Shown: positions 25,142 to 38,949, numbered from the stretch's first letter. The stretch: DNA of 64,000 nucleotides from Octopus sinensis (GCF_006345805.1 NC_043013.1:58466001-58530000), one strand, 5' to 3'. The notes: generated from the letters alone by a model not told the origin. A program made the numbers and translations.

Positions 25142-26885
25142 CACACACACACACATACACACTTATTCACAAATCCATGTACACATACATTCCTGTGATG
25201 TGTGAAAGTATGTCTCCCATTATATATTTATCTATTTATCTTCCATGGAATCTATGTTAACTGATATTCTCGGTATTGGAAGAGCGAATCACTAAGACAT
25301 AATTAACAGATGAAGAACTATAATGATAACGTATTGAAAGATTGCTGACGTAAGTATTGTAACGACTCTATTTCTTGAGAAGAAAAAAAAGAAAAGAAAT
25401 CATTTTAGTTTATTAGAGAGACAAGCAAATGTATACCTCCTTCTGTTATAAGTGGAACATCTTCGAAATGTGTTACGATTGTCGAAGCACAGGAATGGAA
25501 TGCTTCTGTCCTTTGTGACTACTTTAACTCGATTTTTATATTATAAAGAACTGACAACTGGATTTTGTAGCGTTCATACATTTTCAAACATCTAAGCAAA
25601 CACATGTCGCTCCCAATATTTCTTTTGCCCTCTTGCCTTCGTTTCAGTCATTCGGCTGCAGCCATGTTGAGCACCATCTATAAAACTTATATGGCGTGTC
25701 GTTTGGTCTATGGATAGCTCACGGATTTTGACTGGGTACAATGTTTATATATTTTAAGAGTCAGAAAACCGTGTACTGCAGCATATATTAGTTCTACAAG
25801 AACATTAATGTTGAAAGTGACATTATCTACAATCAAACTGAGTTTGAGTAACGTTTTCACTTACATCTTCAGCTACAGCAATAATGGTTGGGAGAAAGAT
25901 TTTTAGGGTGGAGTTAGTTGTGCAAATGGTGTCAAATGATTCCTTATGTCACAAGAAACCGTATGAATTTCTTGAATATAATTCTTGGCAGAAAACGTAT
26001 TCAATGTGTTGTCTGTTCACACGTTTGTAGTTGTACTTTCTTGCGTTTCATGCAGTATGTTAAACCTTACCCTAACTGCTGTTTTTACATGCAGATGGCA
26101 TCTTAGAATAATTATCTGACCACCTCTATTTCTTCAATCCCAGCAACTCTACATTGTCTTACATTTGTATTGTGATCCTCTCTTATTCTTTGTTTTTCTC
26201 ACCGTGTATTAACTCCTGGAAACTTCTCGATGCCTGAGTAAGTAAATACATTAATATTAGTTTCTTTGTTGGATACCTATAGTTCATTTGCTGTCGATTA
26301 ATCCTAAAGTGCTGTTTTCATCTCATCTCGCTGGGCGATGAATTTAGAATTACATAAATAATTAAAGTGCTACCTGTCAAATGACAGTAACGTTGGGAGT
26401 ATTACTCTTGCCACTATGGTTGGCAAGTGTATATCATTCGGACGATAATTGTTATTTAACTTTTGTCAAAATTATTAATAATTATACAAAATTAATATTA
26501 TTTTCAAGACAGATATATTTATTACCTTAAGATATAATTAAATAAAGCAAGTTTCTCATTTGGAAATTTGCAATAAGTATACGCAGAAGTTTTCTGAATT
26601 TTATCACCATAATCTCATAATCTATTAATTAAAAAGAAAAACAAAACTCTTGCTGCGAAACTTCATTAAAGATATGTATTTTTCAGAAAGTTATCATTGC
26701 CTGCGACAAAGCCTCTTATATGCAGCCATTTTCCACTTTTGATGTTAACTCTCTCTCTGGCTCTTCCCCTCTCTCTCTTTCTCTGCATCTCTGTTCCCCC
26801 TCTTTATACATTTCTAGGTGGGACTGCAGAACTAAACAAACTAACAACTCAATGTTTATATCAGTAATTAATAAAGATACTGAGA

Positions 26886-27406
26886 AGGCGGTGAGCTGGC
26901 CGAATCGTTAGCAGTCCGGCCGAAACGCTTAGCAGCATTCCGTCTGTCTTCATGATCTGACTTCAAGTTCTGCTGGGGTTGACTTTGCCTTTAATCCTTT
27001 CGTGGTCGATAAAATAAGTACCAGTTGAGCACTGACCCCCCCCCCCCATATCATACCTTGTACCTATAGAAGAAAAGATTATCAAAGATAGTAAAGCGGC
27101 GAGCTGATAGAATCGATAGCAAGACGGGTGAAATGCTCAGCGGCATTTCGTTTGTTTGTAGGTTCTAAGTTCAAATTCCGCAGAGGTCGATTTTGCCTTT
27201 TATATCTTCGGGGAAATGAAATAAGTACAAACAGAATACTAGGGTTAAATTTAATCAACTTACCCATTTTCCCCAAACTACTGTGTTTGTGCCAAAATTT
27301 GAAATTTTTATTAAAGATACTTAGAGGCGACGAGCTTGCAAAATCGTTAGTACGCCAGGCGAAATGTTTAACGGCATTCCACATGTCGTAACATGTCGAC
27401 TTTGCC

Positions 27407-27415
<9 letters not shown>
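26886..27415 (+). mobile_element. Three tandem SINE family 1 copies/heads
   Basis: GGCGGTGAGCTGGCCGAATCGTTAGC (26888), GCGGCGAGCTGATAGAATCG (~27096) and GGCGACGAGCTTGCAAAATCGTTAG (~27326). Confidence 0.8.
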
Positions 27416-27447
<32 letters not shown>

Positions 27448-28619
27448 TCTCTCTCAGACACACACACACACTATTTCTTTACCTTCTTCTAAATGCTTGT
27501 TAAGTTTTTCTTACGACTTAAACTGTAGCTATGTCTCTATATCCGTTTGCGATTGTGTGAGCTTGTGAATGCTTCATGAACGTATTACTGCGTATGTATG
27601 AGTGTGTGTGTCATGTATTAAGTGTCCACCGACCATGTATCGCATATGAATAGTTTGTCTCGCTGAAGGTCATCATAAATAGATTCCTTTCTTTTGTGTC
27701 TGTACACTTTCTAGTTTTCTCTATTACAAGCACCAGTCATACTGAAATCAAAGAATAATTTAATTTTATTCAGTAAATATATATCTAAATCTACATAAAA
27801 CATAACTGAAGGGCGAAACTTTACAGATGACATTCTCAATGATTTCAGCTCTCATTCAACATCGTTTCAAGGAAAAGTATGTCTGACTTCTTTATCAGGC
27901 TATTCACAAATTAATTAAACTCCCAGGCAAATCCTCTTATGCTGTAAATGCTGCCCTAAGTAATAAATGAGAAAATTCACTTAACTCATAAACGAACGTA
28001 AAATCTATCATGCAACGTAATTAATTCCCGATGAAAATATTAATCTTGGTGTTTAGAATTATGCAAATTTCATGTTGTTCAATGTGTTCAGAAGTAATTT
28101 ACCGAATAAGATATAGTGCTTTATCATTAACAAGATGTTACTAAATAAGCGATTTCCAGCGAATGTGAAACGTACATTTCCATTGCTTTGATTCTGAATG
28201 ATGCCACGTCATGTTTATTATTAGCACAAAATCAGGATCAGAAATTAATAGGCATTGTCGTTGTACATTGCATCAATCCCTCACCCACGGAAGACGGGAC
28301 CAAAATCAGCAATAGTGACAATAACCGCCAGGTATAAATGGTCGTCCTTATCGAAAGGTTTTGATTGAAGTAAATTGATGAAGGCTACACCCCTGCCAAT
28401 TATGTTACCCATTCTATCAAAGATGTATCGCAGGAGGTGGACGTTTTTCATTGATTGATTTGTTCGGTAAAATGCATGTTTGCGCATCACCAATCAAGCC
28501 ATCAATAATAAGCACCGATCACTTTGCCAAAAACTTAGGCAGAATTATTAAAATCTGTTTTTTGAAAAGTTATAGGTATGGAATTATAGATATGACCGTC
28601 TTTGTTTGCGTTCTTTCTC

Positions 28620-28995
28620 TGCAATACTACTGGAGGGATATTTCTTCTGCAAGCTCACCACCTCACCCCGTTGACAACAAGATCAATGTGAAAGAAGAAG
28701 AAAAAATAAACAGCTATGATGACTTGAAGTGAGAAATACGAAGGTTGTGGTCAATGAGGAGAGTAGACGGAATACCAATAGTAATTGGTGCCCTTGGAAG
28801 TATCAGCACTCAACATCTAACAAGGCTAAAAAGGATTGGTGCAAGTGTGGAGATAGAACACCTACAAAAATCAGCATTGCTTGGAACTGCAGGAATTTTT
28901 GCAGGGTTCTTGACGCATGACCATTAAACAAGTGTCACCTTAGTCTGCTGGCTGTGGACAGCAGACACTTTCCAGGATAAGCTGTGAGTTTTCAA
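28620..28995 (+). mobile_element. 3' end of R4/Dong-like element with (AAC)n(AAT)n tail
   Basis: DNKINVKEEEKINSYDDLK*EIRRLWSMRRVDGIPIVIGALG...LQKSALLGTA (RLE C-terminus), then 3' UTR and microsatellite. Confidence 0.85.
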
Positions 28996-29033
28996 ACAAC
29001 AACAACAACAGCAACAGCAGCAACTACAACAAC

Positions 29034-29103
<70 letters not shown>

Positions 29104-29105
<2 letters not shown>

Positions 29106-29192
29106 CCAACATGAACTTCCAACTTGTCTCTTGAGGTCTCTGGGTGAGACTTGAAGCCAACTTATACAAATGTAAAGGAAAAGTCATACATA
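29104..29192 (+). mobile_element. Isolated R4/Dong-like 3' UTR (family B) between two (AAT)n arrays
   Basis: AACATGAACTTCCAAC.TGTCTCTTGAGGTCTCTGGGTGAGACTTG.AGCCAACTT matches the 3' UTR of the element at 38950-39050(-). Confidence 0.85.
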
Positions 29193-29193
29193 A

Positions 29194-29252
<59 letters not shown>

Positions 29253-29269
29253 TGATGATGATGATGATG

Positions 29270-29760
29270 ATATGGGTCCCGGTATATTGCAGCAGATCTT
29301 CGTCACTTTTTATCAAATACTTGGCAAGCGGTCTCCTTTCACTCCTTTTACAATGGTCCATACTAATTAGTCTTCTGCTACCATTCTTTCTTTTCATATA
29401 GTCTGTTAGCATTTGCAGTCAGCGCTTAATATTATCTGCTGCGCTCTCTGCATGAATGGTAATCCAAGAATCATTGTCAACTAATTTTTAGCTCCACAAT
29501 CACTGCTATTGTAACCGTTTTTGAGATGTTATCTTTGCCCCAACTACTGTCGTCATCTGCCCACCGATCTCTTTTAGTTTTGTTTTCCGCTTGGGCAGTG
29601 GCATTAGTAGAGGAACCTTCCTGTTCAGAGGTAACTTTCCCGCCGGTTACAGTCTCTTGTTATATGCTATTTTTGTTTTCCTATCTTAAGCACGTCGAGC
29701 TCATAGATAGAGATTAGCCTTTATTTGTTTTCCAAGTTTTATTTCCAAGCATATCTTGGT
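29270..29760 (-). mobile_element. Degenerate R4/Dong-like internal fragment (post-RT region)
   Basis: YMKRKNGSRRLISMDHCKRSERRPLAKYLIKSDEDLL resembles the LYxxRxxGGRGL motif seen in elements A and B. Confidence 0.6.
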
Positions 29761-30129
29761 CTTTTTTTCGTTTCCATTTGAAATGAGACGTATTACATTT
29801 TATTTATATTGTTATTATTATGTGTCTCTTTTAATTTGTTGAAACACTGTGGGGTCTACGTTGTCTTGATTATGTACGATGTGCATTGGCGCATGTGTGA
29901 ATTACATAAACATTAAATCTATGTGTATTTGCATAGAGATGAGATTGCATATATGATTATATGTACTTGGAGTGTCTTTCTGTAGCGACATCACATTTTC
30001 GCGTATTGCTTCAATATTATTATTGATATTTTTAATTGCTAGTGGTAGAACGAAAGTGATAATGAAAACCACTGTGGTTATGGAGGCGACAGGATGCAAG
30101 CGCGTTATTTACATAGATGTGGATGTACA

Positions 30130-32530
30130 TACATGTGCACGTGTATATACAAATAAAGAGAGGATGATGGTGACTGGAAGCACAACTCCTTCGGGAACCC
30201 CACAAACGACTCATGAAATCATGATGCATAACAACAATGAAAGGATTATCGCCGATCATGGTGAAGGTTTCCCGCCCGTCACGTTAGAAACCGCCCGCAT
30301 CGGGGGCAGTGATCTGGGCTCGGACGGTCGTTATGTCACAACAGATCACATACACGGTGTGCACAAAAATAGTCATAAGTGGACGAAGAAAGAGTACGAT
30401 ACACTTATTAAATGTCATGAAAGAACAAAGCTGGAAAGAAGTCGCGGGGTAGACCGACGTACCTTGAAATTTGGGATGGAAAAGGACCTGTGTCCAATAT
30501 AAGAAAATAAACTAATGAACCAAGTGAGAATGGTTACTTAACTGGAGTAGAAATATCTCGAATTAGAGTATGAGAGAACCTGCGGATGGGCTACAAAGAA
30601 TGGTCGGAGTTAAAAAGAAAGAGGTAGGAGTTGAAAGCAAAGAGAATAGACAGGAGGAACAGGGAAATGGTGATGGGGATGTTAAGGATGAGGAACAGGA
30701 ACCTTATACAATGAACCCTGCCGGCGAGCTGGCAGAAACGTTAGCACGCCGGGCGAAATGCGTAGTCGTATTTCGTCTGCCTTTACGTTCTGAGTTCAAA
30801 GTACCAGTTTCGCACTGGGGTCGATTTAATCGACTTGATCGCTTTGTCTGTCCTTGTTTGTCCCCTCTGTGTTTAGCCCCTTGTGGGCAGTAAAGAAATA
30901 TATACAATGAACCCTGAGTCTCTGGTGGGTGGACATTCAGGGGAAATGAACCAACTCGATAATGAATTGCTTGAAATTCAAAGACGACTCATTGAGTTGA
31001 TGAATGCTCCAGAAGAGAAAATCCCCATGAATATGAGAAGGGTACATAGAAGTATGATAAATAAAGTAACACAAAAGATAAATACTGTCATACCATGCGT
31101 CCCGACGGTGGACATAACGCAAGAGAAAAAAATGGTGGAGTAAAAGACCTATGGTGGACGTATTGAAAGGGACATAATACAGACAAGGAATAATCTAGGA
31201 AAATTTGAGCAATGGTTAAGGAGAAACTGGGAAAATGGGGAAAAAGACCGACCGAGAAAAATTAGAGAAGTAATCTAAAATATAGGAGAATGGGTTTGAT
31301 GCAGTAATAGAGCAGTTAAAACAGAGGATCATGGCAAAATACTAGAAGGTAAGAGGATTTGCGAACAGAAATAAGCAATTCGAGGAGAACAGATTGTTCA
31401 AAAACAAGCCGAAGCAATTCTTCCGGACGTTAGAAGACAATGGGGAGAATATTGCTCCGGATGCAAATCAAGTCATGGAGTTCTGGAGCAGATTAAGGGA
31501 AAACAATGAGGTGCATAAAAGGATGCAATGAGGATAGGAAAGATGAAGACAGAATTACAAGGAGGAAAGAAACAAAGAAATATTGTCATAAGAACGGGTG
31601 ATGTGAAAGAACAAGTGGGTAAAGTGTATAACTGGAAAGCCCCAGGACCAGATGGGATTCATGGTTTTTGGCTGAAGAGATGCCACGCGGTACTTGAAAG
31701 ATTAGCAGTCCAACTGAATGAGTGTGTCCAGAAAGGTACAGTCCCCGCGTAGATGGTAACTGCGAGGACATCATTTTTACTGAAAGATAGAAGAAAGGGG
31801 AATATTCTGGGAAACTACCGTTCTATAGCATGCCTAAACATAATCTGAAAGATACTCACTGGAATATGTGCGGCAAAGACATACACTTTGAAATATTACC
31901 AAGGGAACAAAAACGATATAGAAAGAGATCTCAAGGTACCAAGGATCACCTGGTCATCGATAAAAGTTTTGAGGCATTGTTAAAAATATCATACAAACAT
32001 GTCTATGGGTTGGATTGACTTTAAGAAGGCTTATGTCTCATTCTTGCATCGTTGAATGGCTGCAGATGTTTTCTGTTGCTGACATCACAAATTTTCTGAT
32101 GCATAGCATGAAAGAGTGGAAAACCACATTGTACTCATGTAATGTATTCCATGGAGAAGTTAAAATGAAAAGGGGAATCTTCCAAGGTGACTCGTTTTCT
32201 CCGTTACTATTTTTAATTCCATTAATACCCATTACAACGACACTTAGGAAAGTTAAGATGGGTTACCGATATGGGAAGAAAGGCCCATCATTGAAGCATC
32301 TTCTGTTTATGGATGACCTGAAATTGTTTGGAAAATCTGAAAAACAGACAGATGACATTACTGAAAAACCGTTATGACCAAAGCAGTCCAGAAGTGTGGT
32401 AGAGACATCGGTAAGGAATTTAAGGTTACCAAATGCTCAGTACTTAATATGAAAAGAGGGAAGAAACCATCCTGTTATTTCAGGAGTCCGAGTTATGATA
32501 AGAAAGGAATGTCAAAAACATTTCGATAAT
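30130..32530 (+). mobile_element. Degenerate R4/Dong-like element (N-terminus through RT)
   Basis: HKWTKKEY N-terminal motif, WKAPGPDGIHGFWLKR, EQKRYRKRSQGTKDHLVIDK, RGIFQGDSFSPLLF, HLLFMDDLKLFGK; many stops and frameshifts. Confidence 0.9.
30721..30900 (+). mobile_element. Internally deleted SINE family 1 inserted into the R4-like element, 16-bp TSD
   Basis: TATACAATGAACCCTG at 30705-30720 and 30901-30916 flanks CCGGCGAGCTGGCAGAAACGTTAGC...TAAAGAAATA. Confidence 0.92.
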
Positions 32531-32689
32531 ATCCCAGGAGAAACAAAAGTTTGTGCTGACAAGTACTGCCCACAACCTTTGAAAAACTCCATCACTTTAA
32601 ATGTCTGTGTTGTATTACATGAAGATATTTCGCTACTGCCCCAGCCACTTGCCTTCCCTAAGGTTTCAGTCATACTCTAACATCTCTTA

Positions 32690-32759
32690 TCTTTCACTCG
32701 CCCTAGGACGCTGGGTGTGTCGCAGTGGGTGATTGTTACAAACATGCAGATTAAAAGTA

Positions 32760-32851
<92 letters not shown>

Positions 32852-32865
32852 CAATAATAATAATC
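32690..32865 (+). repeat. R4-like 3' UTR remnant plus long (AAT)n
   Basis: CCCTAGGACGCTGGGTGTGTC resembles the family B 3' motif CTTGAGGTCTCTGGGTGAGAC; (AAT)n at 32758-32865. Confidence 0.55.
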
Positions 32866-33285
32866 GTTGGTTTATCTAAGGACAGGTCATCGAAGCTTGT
32901 TTAAGTAAATGTTATATCTTTAATATTATTTATTTAATATTTTCAAATATTTTTGTTTTATTTTTCAAATTTGACGTTCCATAAAGTTGGTCTTAACTGC
33001 AATATCTTCACTATTTAATGGCTTCCCATACAAACTTTATCTTCTCCTGCCATCAGTACTTTGGTTGTTGTTTTCATATATGTGTGTGCAGTTGTATGAG
33101 TTTCTGTTTTATTGTTGTTATTGTTGTTGTTGTTACTTTCTTGTACTCTATTTTTGTTACTTTATTGTTGCTAGTTTCTTGTTGTTGCTTTTGTTGTTAC
33201 TGGTTTTTGTTTTTACTGTATTGTTATTGTAAATTTCTGACGGCTTTACTGTCATACTGCTCTGTATTATTGTCATGCTCTTTTT

Positions 33286-33287
<2 letters not shown>

Positions 33288-33321
<34 letters not shown>

Positions 33322-33352
33322 CAGCAGTAGTAGTAGTAGTAGTAGTAGTAGT

Positions 33353-33418
<66 letters not shown>
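33288..33418. repeat. (TAG)n/(CAG)n microsatellite
   Basis: Directly visible. Confidence 0.95.
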
Positions 33419-34154
33419 TGTATTATTTTATGAGACTCCATGAAGCCGACCAACTCGCCATATTTGCGCAAACAGCCAATTTACTTAAACAGAAACAGGA
33501 TTCAATTTGCACTCTTTTTCTACATCTACAGGAACTTGCCTTGTACAATCAATAAGAAACAAGACGATGTCAGCCTATTATAATTTCTCTTCCCCTTTTT
33601 TTCCGAACTGGTGTTTTTTTTCTTTTTTGTTTCACACCCCTAACGCTTGCTCTGACGAAATGCTACCATAATCATAACTGTTCTAGTTATGACCCTGCAG
33701 TCGTTTTCGCTACTATTTCCCTATATTTCTAATATGTGTTTATTTCTAGGCTGACAGTTGGTCTCCTTTCAAACTAACATATCATTCCATGCATCGCACA
33801 TTTCATTCCAGTTGTGTATCTTTTATATCCTGCCACAGGTTGGTACATATATGCAGCGGAGTTTTAATCAATGTGTTCACACGACGTACTTCGCGAGACT
33901 ACCAAAACGTTCTCTCACCTCCGACTACTACCGACCTGTACTCTTTAAAAGAGTTCCGTTAGTTCAGTGTTTAATCCGCTAGGGGTGCCAATGACTCACG
34001 ACATAATAGTATCAGTTGGAAATATATTGAAAAGTTACAACAAATCCAAACCTGGTGTTTGCTAAAGTTAGAATTTTAGACTTATTCCTTGGCCTTTGAT
34101 GGTGAACCACACCAAAACAATGTTTGGTCAATTGCAATTGTCAATATTGTTGCT

Positions 34155-34157
<3 letters not shown>

Positions 34158-34246
<89 letters not shown>

Positions 34247-34266
34247 ACACACACACACACACACAC
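34158..34266. repeat. (CT)n(CA)n microsatellite
   Basis: Directly visible. Confidence 0.95.
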
Positions 34267-35278
34267 GAGATTCTTTCTCTGTTTGTCTGCTGTGTGAGTT
34301 TTTCTGCGAATTTGGGTTCATGTTACACTATGTAGAAGGGACGGTGTACGTGGCAGAATACTACTGCTACCCAAACATAGTTCACCCTCCTACATGTACA
34401 ATCAAACGAATTGTAACTGTGTGACTGTTTTCTTTTGTATAGCTTCTCTGTTCTGCGCACGATCACATGATGCGAAGTATATGCTTTTATTTTTTGTTTC
34501 GCTCAAAGTGATTCTTGGAGAAACCATTCTTTCTTTTTTTTGTACAATAATATTGCTATCTTAATGTTATTGGATAAAACGTGGGGCTTGTGACAGCTGA
34601 AGGTGACTCATTTGCCTTTCTTTGATTTGCTCCTTGTATGGTATTCCCCTGATTCTTCACAGACACACATACAAACACACACACACATATAATTATATTT
34701 TTAATTCTCACAAGAGGCTTAGATTTGGTTGGTGATGCCATCATAGTCGCTGTAAATATAAATAGCTTTTATTGTTGTTTAAAGCCAGATAAAACCGATG
34801 ACGGAGAAGATAGATATATGAGGCAAGGCATGGTAACCGTGACAATCCTGCCATTTTTTAGGAGTCGGTATGGTGGGTCCTTATGTTATCGTGAGATATT
34901 TGTTAGCCAAATATCGAAAGGCAACTGACCACGTTGATATCCTTCATAGTTGTGGTGATGGTGGCCATAGTGGCAGCGTAGTCATAATAACTATTACGAT
35001 TGCTGTTGTTGTTGTGGTCGTTATTTTGTTATTATGTAACTTCAAGTTGATTGATGACAGATATTCAAACCATGACCAACTCAGCATCTTTTCCGAAATA
35101 GCATATCCTGGACTACATTATCCAGTGAATTATTGTTTAAGGCAATTGGATACGGATTAAGTGAGATTTGCCAGCCATTTTCGCTGATTGGGGTACCAGA
35201 TAGAGGCCACCATTTTGTGGTGTCAATAGCAGTTGCGGTGAGAGATGTTATTGTTGATATTACTTTTCTTTAGCTCTA

Positions 35279-35855
35279 AACAAAATCGAACACGCATACA
35301 CAGAGTATGTGTTTGTGAGTTCGTGAGTGGGCCGCGGCTTTTAGACATAGGAGGATATATTCTCCATGCCCCTGGTGTAAAAACGAAAACCTGAAAATAA
35401 GTTATAGTTAAACGAGGCAACTCAAATAGGTCCCTTCTCGGAGCGATTGGTGTGATTTATCCATGCCGCATGCCGAACAAGGCCGGCTACAAGCTATAAT
35501 GTCGGCTGTGAGTATATGCTATTGTGTCTGGGGAGAGTCATTTTCTTTTTGTGCCTTAATTTAACACACGCACCGGTAACATTTCCAGTGACTATATCCT
35601 AAATGGTTTAAACACTATCTGCTGGCATGTCCCAATATTTCATCGCAGGGGGAAAAAAATCAAAAATGGATTAGAAGCAGCTCAAGGTATATAAACAAAA
35701 TCGAATACACATACACGAGGTATGTGTGCTGTTAGCTCGCGGGTCAGCGTCGGTCTTTAGGCGCAATAGAATATCTTCTATATGCTCCTGGTGTAAAAAA
35801 AAAACACATGAAAGTCATGGTCAAGGGAGACAACTCACATAGGTAACTTCTCGGA
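35279..35855 (+). repeat. Diverged direct duplication (~160-bp units, ~417 bp apart)
   Basis: CAAAATCGAA.AC.CATACAC...CCTGGTGTAAAAA...CAACTCA.ATAGGT..CTTCTCGGA at ~35279-35440 and ~35696-35855. Confidence 0.75.
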
Positions 35856-35904
35856 TTCTTCTTTTTTCTTCTTTTTTCTTCTTCTTCTTCTTCTTATTAT
35901 TATT

Positions 35905-38900
35905 ATTATTCAGTAGTTTTATTTTTATAGCGTGCTTTCACTTCACTACCGAGCGCAGCTCTGTGTGCCTTGGGTATGTGCTGTGATTTGTTGTGATGCT
36001 CTGATGGTTATTGTATGGAAAGTGTTCTGCGTAGGATGTGTGCAGTGCCTAGTAGTGCAATTTTCTGTATGTTGTATGTGTTTGTAAGTCCTGGTGTTTT
36101 TCTTATGTATTTGTCTGAATATTTTTTTATCATGCCTAATGCACCTACTATGATAGGAATTGTTTCTGTTTTTAGATTCCACATTCTAGTTACCTCTATT
36201 TCCAGGTCTTTGTATTTTGAAAGTTTCTCCATTTCTTTTAGAGACACGTTGTCATCTGCCGGTATTGATACATCAATTAGAAAGCATTTTTTTTCTTCAT
36301 GATCTCTGACAACTATATCTGGTCTGTTGGCCTTAATTTCTCTATCTGTGTGTATCGGCATATCCCAGAGTATGGATGCTTTCTCGTTTTCTGTGACCTT
36401 TCCTGGTGTGTGCCTATACCATCTTTTTTCTGTTGTTATTCCATAATGTTGGCATAGCTTTTGTGTATGTAGGTTCCAACTCTGTCATGTCTGTGAATAT
36501 ATTCCTTCTTAGCCAGGACTGGGCAGCCAGAGATAATATGATTTATTGTTTCTTGTCCATCTCCACATATTCTGCAGTTACTTGTTATATTTCTTTTCAT
36601 TACCTGTTTTTGATAATTTCTGGTGGGGAGGCTTTGGTCTTGTGCTGCAATTAAAAATCCCTCTGTCTCTGCTGAGGGGTTCTCAACCATCCTGAGCTTC
36701 TCAACCATTGCTGAGATTTTTCTTTGTCTATTGCTTTTGCGTTTAGTTTAGTCCAGTATTTACCATGAAGGGGTTTTTCTTGCCATCGTTTTATCATGGT
36801 TCTTTGCTGTTCTATTTTTAGTTTGGATTTCATTTGTTTTATTGCTTTTGTTGTTTCTTCATCGTCTTCTTCTTCTTCTTCTTCATATTCATTAGGTGGT
36901 ATGATTTCTTGTTTGTATTTGTCAGCTTCCTTAAATACTGAGAACAGTTTTTTGTTTTGCTCGTGTTTTGCCGATATATGTATCAGTTTTCTGAAGTAGA
37001 TATATTTGCAGTTCTATGGTGGTTATTTTATAGTAGTTTTCCAGTTGTATAAGGCCTCTACCACCTTCTATACGTTGTATATATAGTCTTTCTATGTCAG
37101 ATTTTGGGTGATGCATCCTAGACCCTGTCATTATTTTTCTTGTTTTCCTATCTATTTTGGTCAGTTCATTTAGTGTCCAGTTAAGGATATTGTAGCTGTA
37201 ACTTATAACTGGGACAGCTAAAGTGTTAATACCTATTATCTTGTTTTTAGCATTGAGCTCTGTTTTTAGCATTGATCTAACTCGTCTATAATATTCTTTT
37301 TTTATTTTCTCTTTCATTTGTGTGTGTTGTGTCTTATCTAGTTCATGGATTCCTAAGTATTTGTAAGTTTGGCTTTGGTCTAATTCTTTTATTTCATTGG
37401 TTTTATCTAGTATGATGTTGCTACTCTTAATTAGTTTTCCTCTTTTCATGGTTACTTTGGCGCATTTTTCTAATCCAAATTTCATATCTATTTCTTTGGT
37501 AAATCCATGAACTGTCTTTAATAGTGTTTCCAGCTGTTTGTCATTTGCAGTGTATAGTTTTAGGTCATAAAAGGTGGCTGATCGTTTTGCCGTAACATTT
37601 ATATCTGCATCCAGTTATATTTAGCATATCAGATAGAGGTGACAGTGCCAAGCAGAAAAGGAGTGGAGAGAGCGTGTCTTCCTGGAATATTCCTCTTCTA
37701 ATAGGGATGGCTTTGGTTTTCATGAGTCCCTCTTTTGTTTAGAGCTGTAGCACTGTTTGCCATTTATTCATAGAGTGCCCAATGAATTTTATAATTGTTG
37801 GTGCTACTTTGTTAATGGCTAGTGTTTCGAGGATCCATATGTGGGAGATGCTATCAAACGCCTTTTTGTAGTCGATCCAGGCCATACTGAGGCCTTTCTT
37901 CTTTCTGTGGCTGTCTTCAGTTATGGCTTTATTGATCATTAGTTGATCTTTACAGCCGTATGAGCCTTTGCGGCATCCTTTCTGCTCTTCTGGAAACAGG
38001 TTGCTTTCGTCTAGGTGCTTGTTCAACCTTTGCGATAACACTGCAGTAAATGCCTTGAACATCGTAGGGAGGCAGGTTATTGGTCTGTAGTTTTCTGGTT
38101 TTGCTGTCTCATTTGATTTGGGAATTAAGATGGTTTTCCCCTTCGTGAGCCATTCAGGCATTGTCTGTGGCTCTGCTAGTATGTTGTTAAAATGTTCAGC
38201 CAGCTTTTTGTGCATTCCTGTTAGATATTTCAACCAGAAGTTAGGGATATTGTCATGCCCAGGTGCCTTCCAGTTGCTTAGTCTTTGCAGTGCCTGGGTG
38301 ACCTCTTCAGTTGTTATGGGGGTCCAAAGTTGCTCAGATGCTGCGTTTGTTATTTTAGTACTCCTTTTTTTTTGGTTGTTCGTTCGCCGACCATATTTCT
38401 CTCCAGAATTCTTCCACTTCTTCTGCCGTTGGTGCTGCAGTGATTTCTATTTTATTTTTGCCAAGTTCTTGGTAGAACTTTTTGGGGTTGGAGTTGAACT
38501 TTTTGTTTTGTTCAAAGAAGCGCTGGCGTTTCTCGTACCGGCGGATCCTTTGTGCTTTGGCAAGGATATCTTGCTTCAGCTTTTCTTTTATCTCAGGTAA
38601 ATCTTTTTGTGTGATGTTGTATTTGCGGAGTATTTTTGTTTTCTTTTTGTTGCTCAGTAGCGTTGATTGTCTACTGATTTCATTAAGAATCGACAGATCT
38701 TTTCTTATTTTTTGTATTTTGTTTTGGATGTTATTTATCCACAGGGTTTTTTTGGGTGGTGGTACTCTTGTTTGGACGGGTTTGAGTGAGTATCCAGCTT
38801 CTTTCGTGGCTGCAATGGCTGTTGCGTATACTAAGTTATTTAGCTCAGTGATATCGCTTTTTGTTTCAGTGGCTATTAGTTCCGTGACGGCTTGGTTAAT

Positions 38901-38945
38901 GCTGTTTATAATTGGTGTTGTTGTTTCGTCTATTTCGTTGTTTCG
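35905..38945 (-). mobile_element. R4/Dong-like RLE non-LTR retrotransposon, family A (5'-truncated, frameshifted)
   Basis: RT (PENYRPITCLPTMFK, EQKGCRKGS, WIDYKKAFDSISH), zinc knuckle CRICGDGQETINHIISGC, RLE PDIVVRDHEEKKCFLIDVSIP, C-terminal IVGALG/IALLGTAHILRR, 3' UTR and (AAT)n tail at ~35895. Confidence 0.95.
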
Positions 38946-38949
38946 TTAT

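Noticed and set aside
28380-28420. SH3-like EGYTPANYV
   Set aside because: Flanked by stops, with no other SH3 motifs at the right spacing.
33845-33982. Strong acceptor followed by open frames
   Set aside because: No recognisable protein and no matching donor.
34870-35160. ORF with a transmembrane-like stretch
   Set aside because: The hydrophobic run derives from degenerate (GTT/GGT)n repeats.
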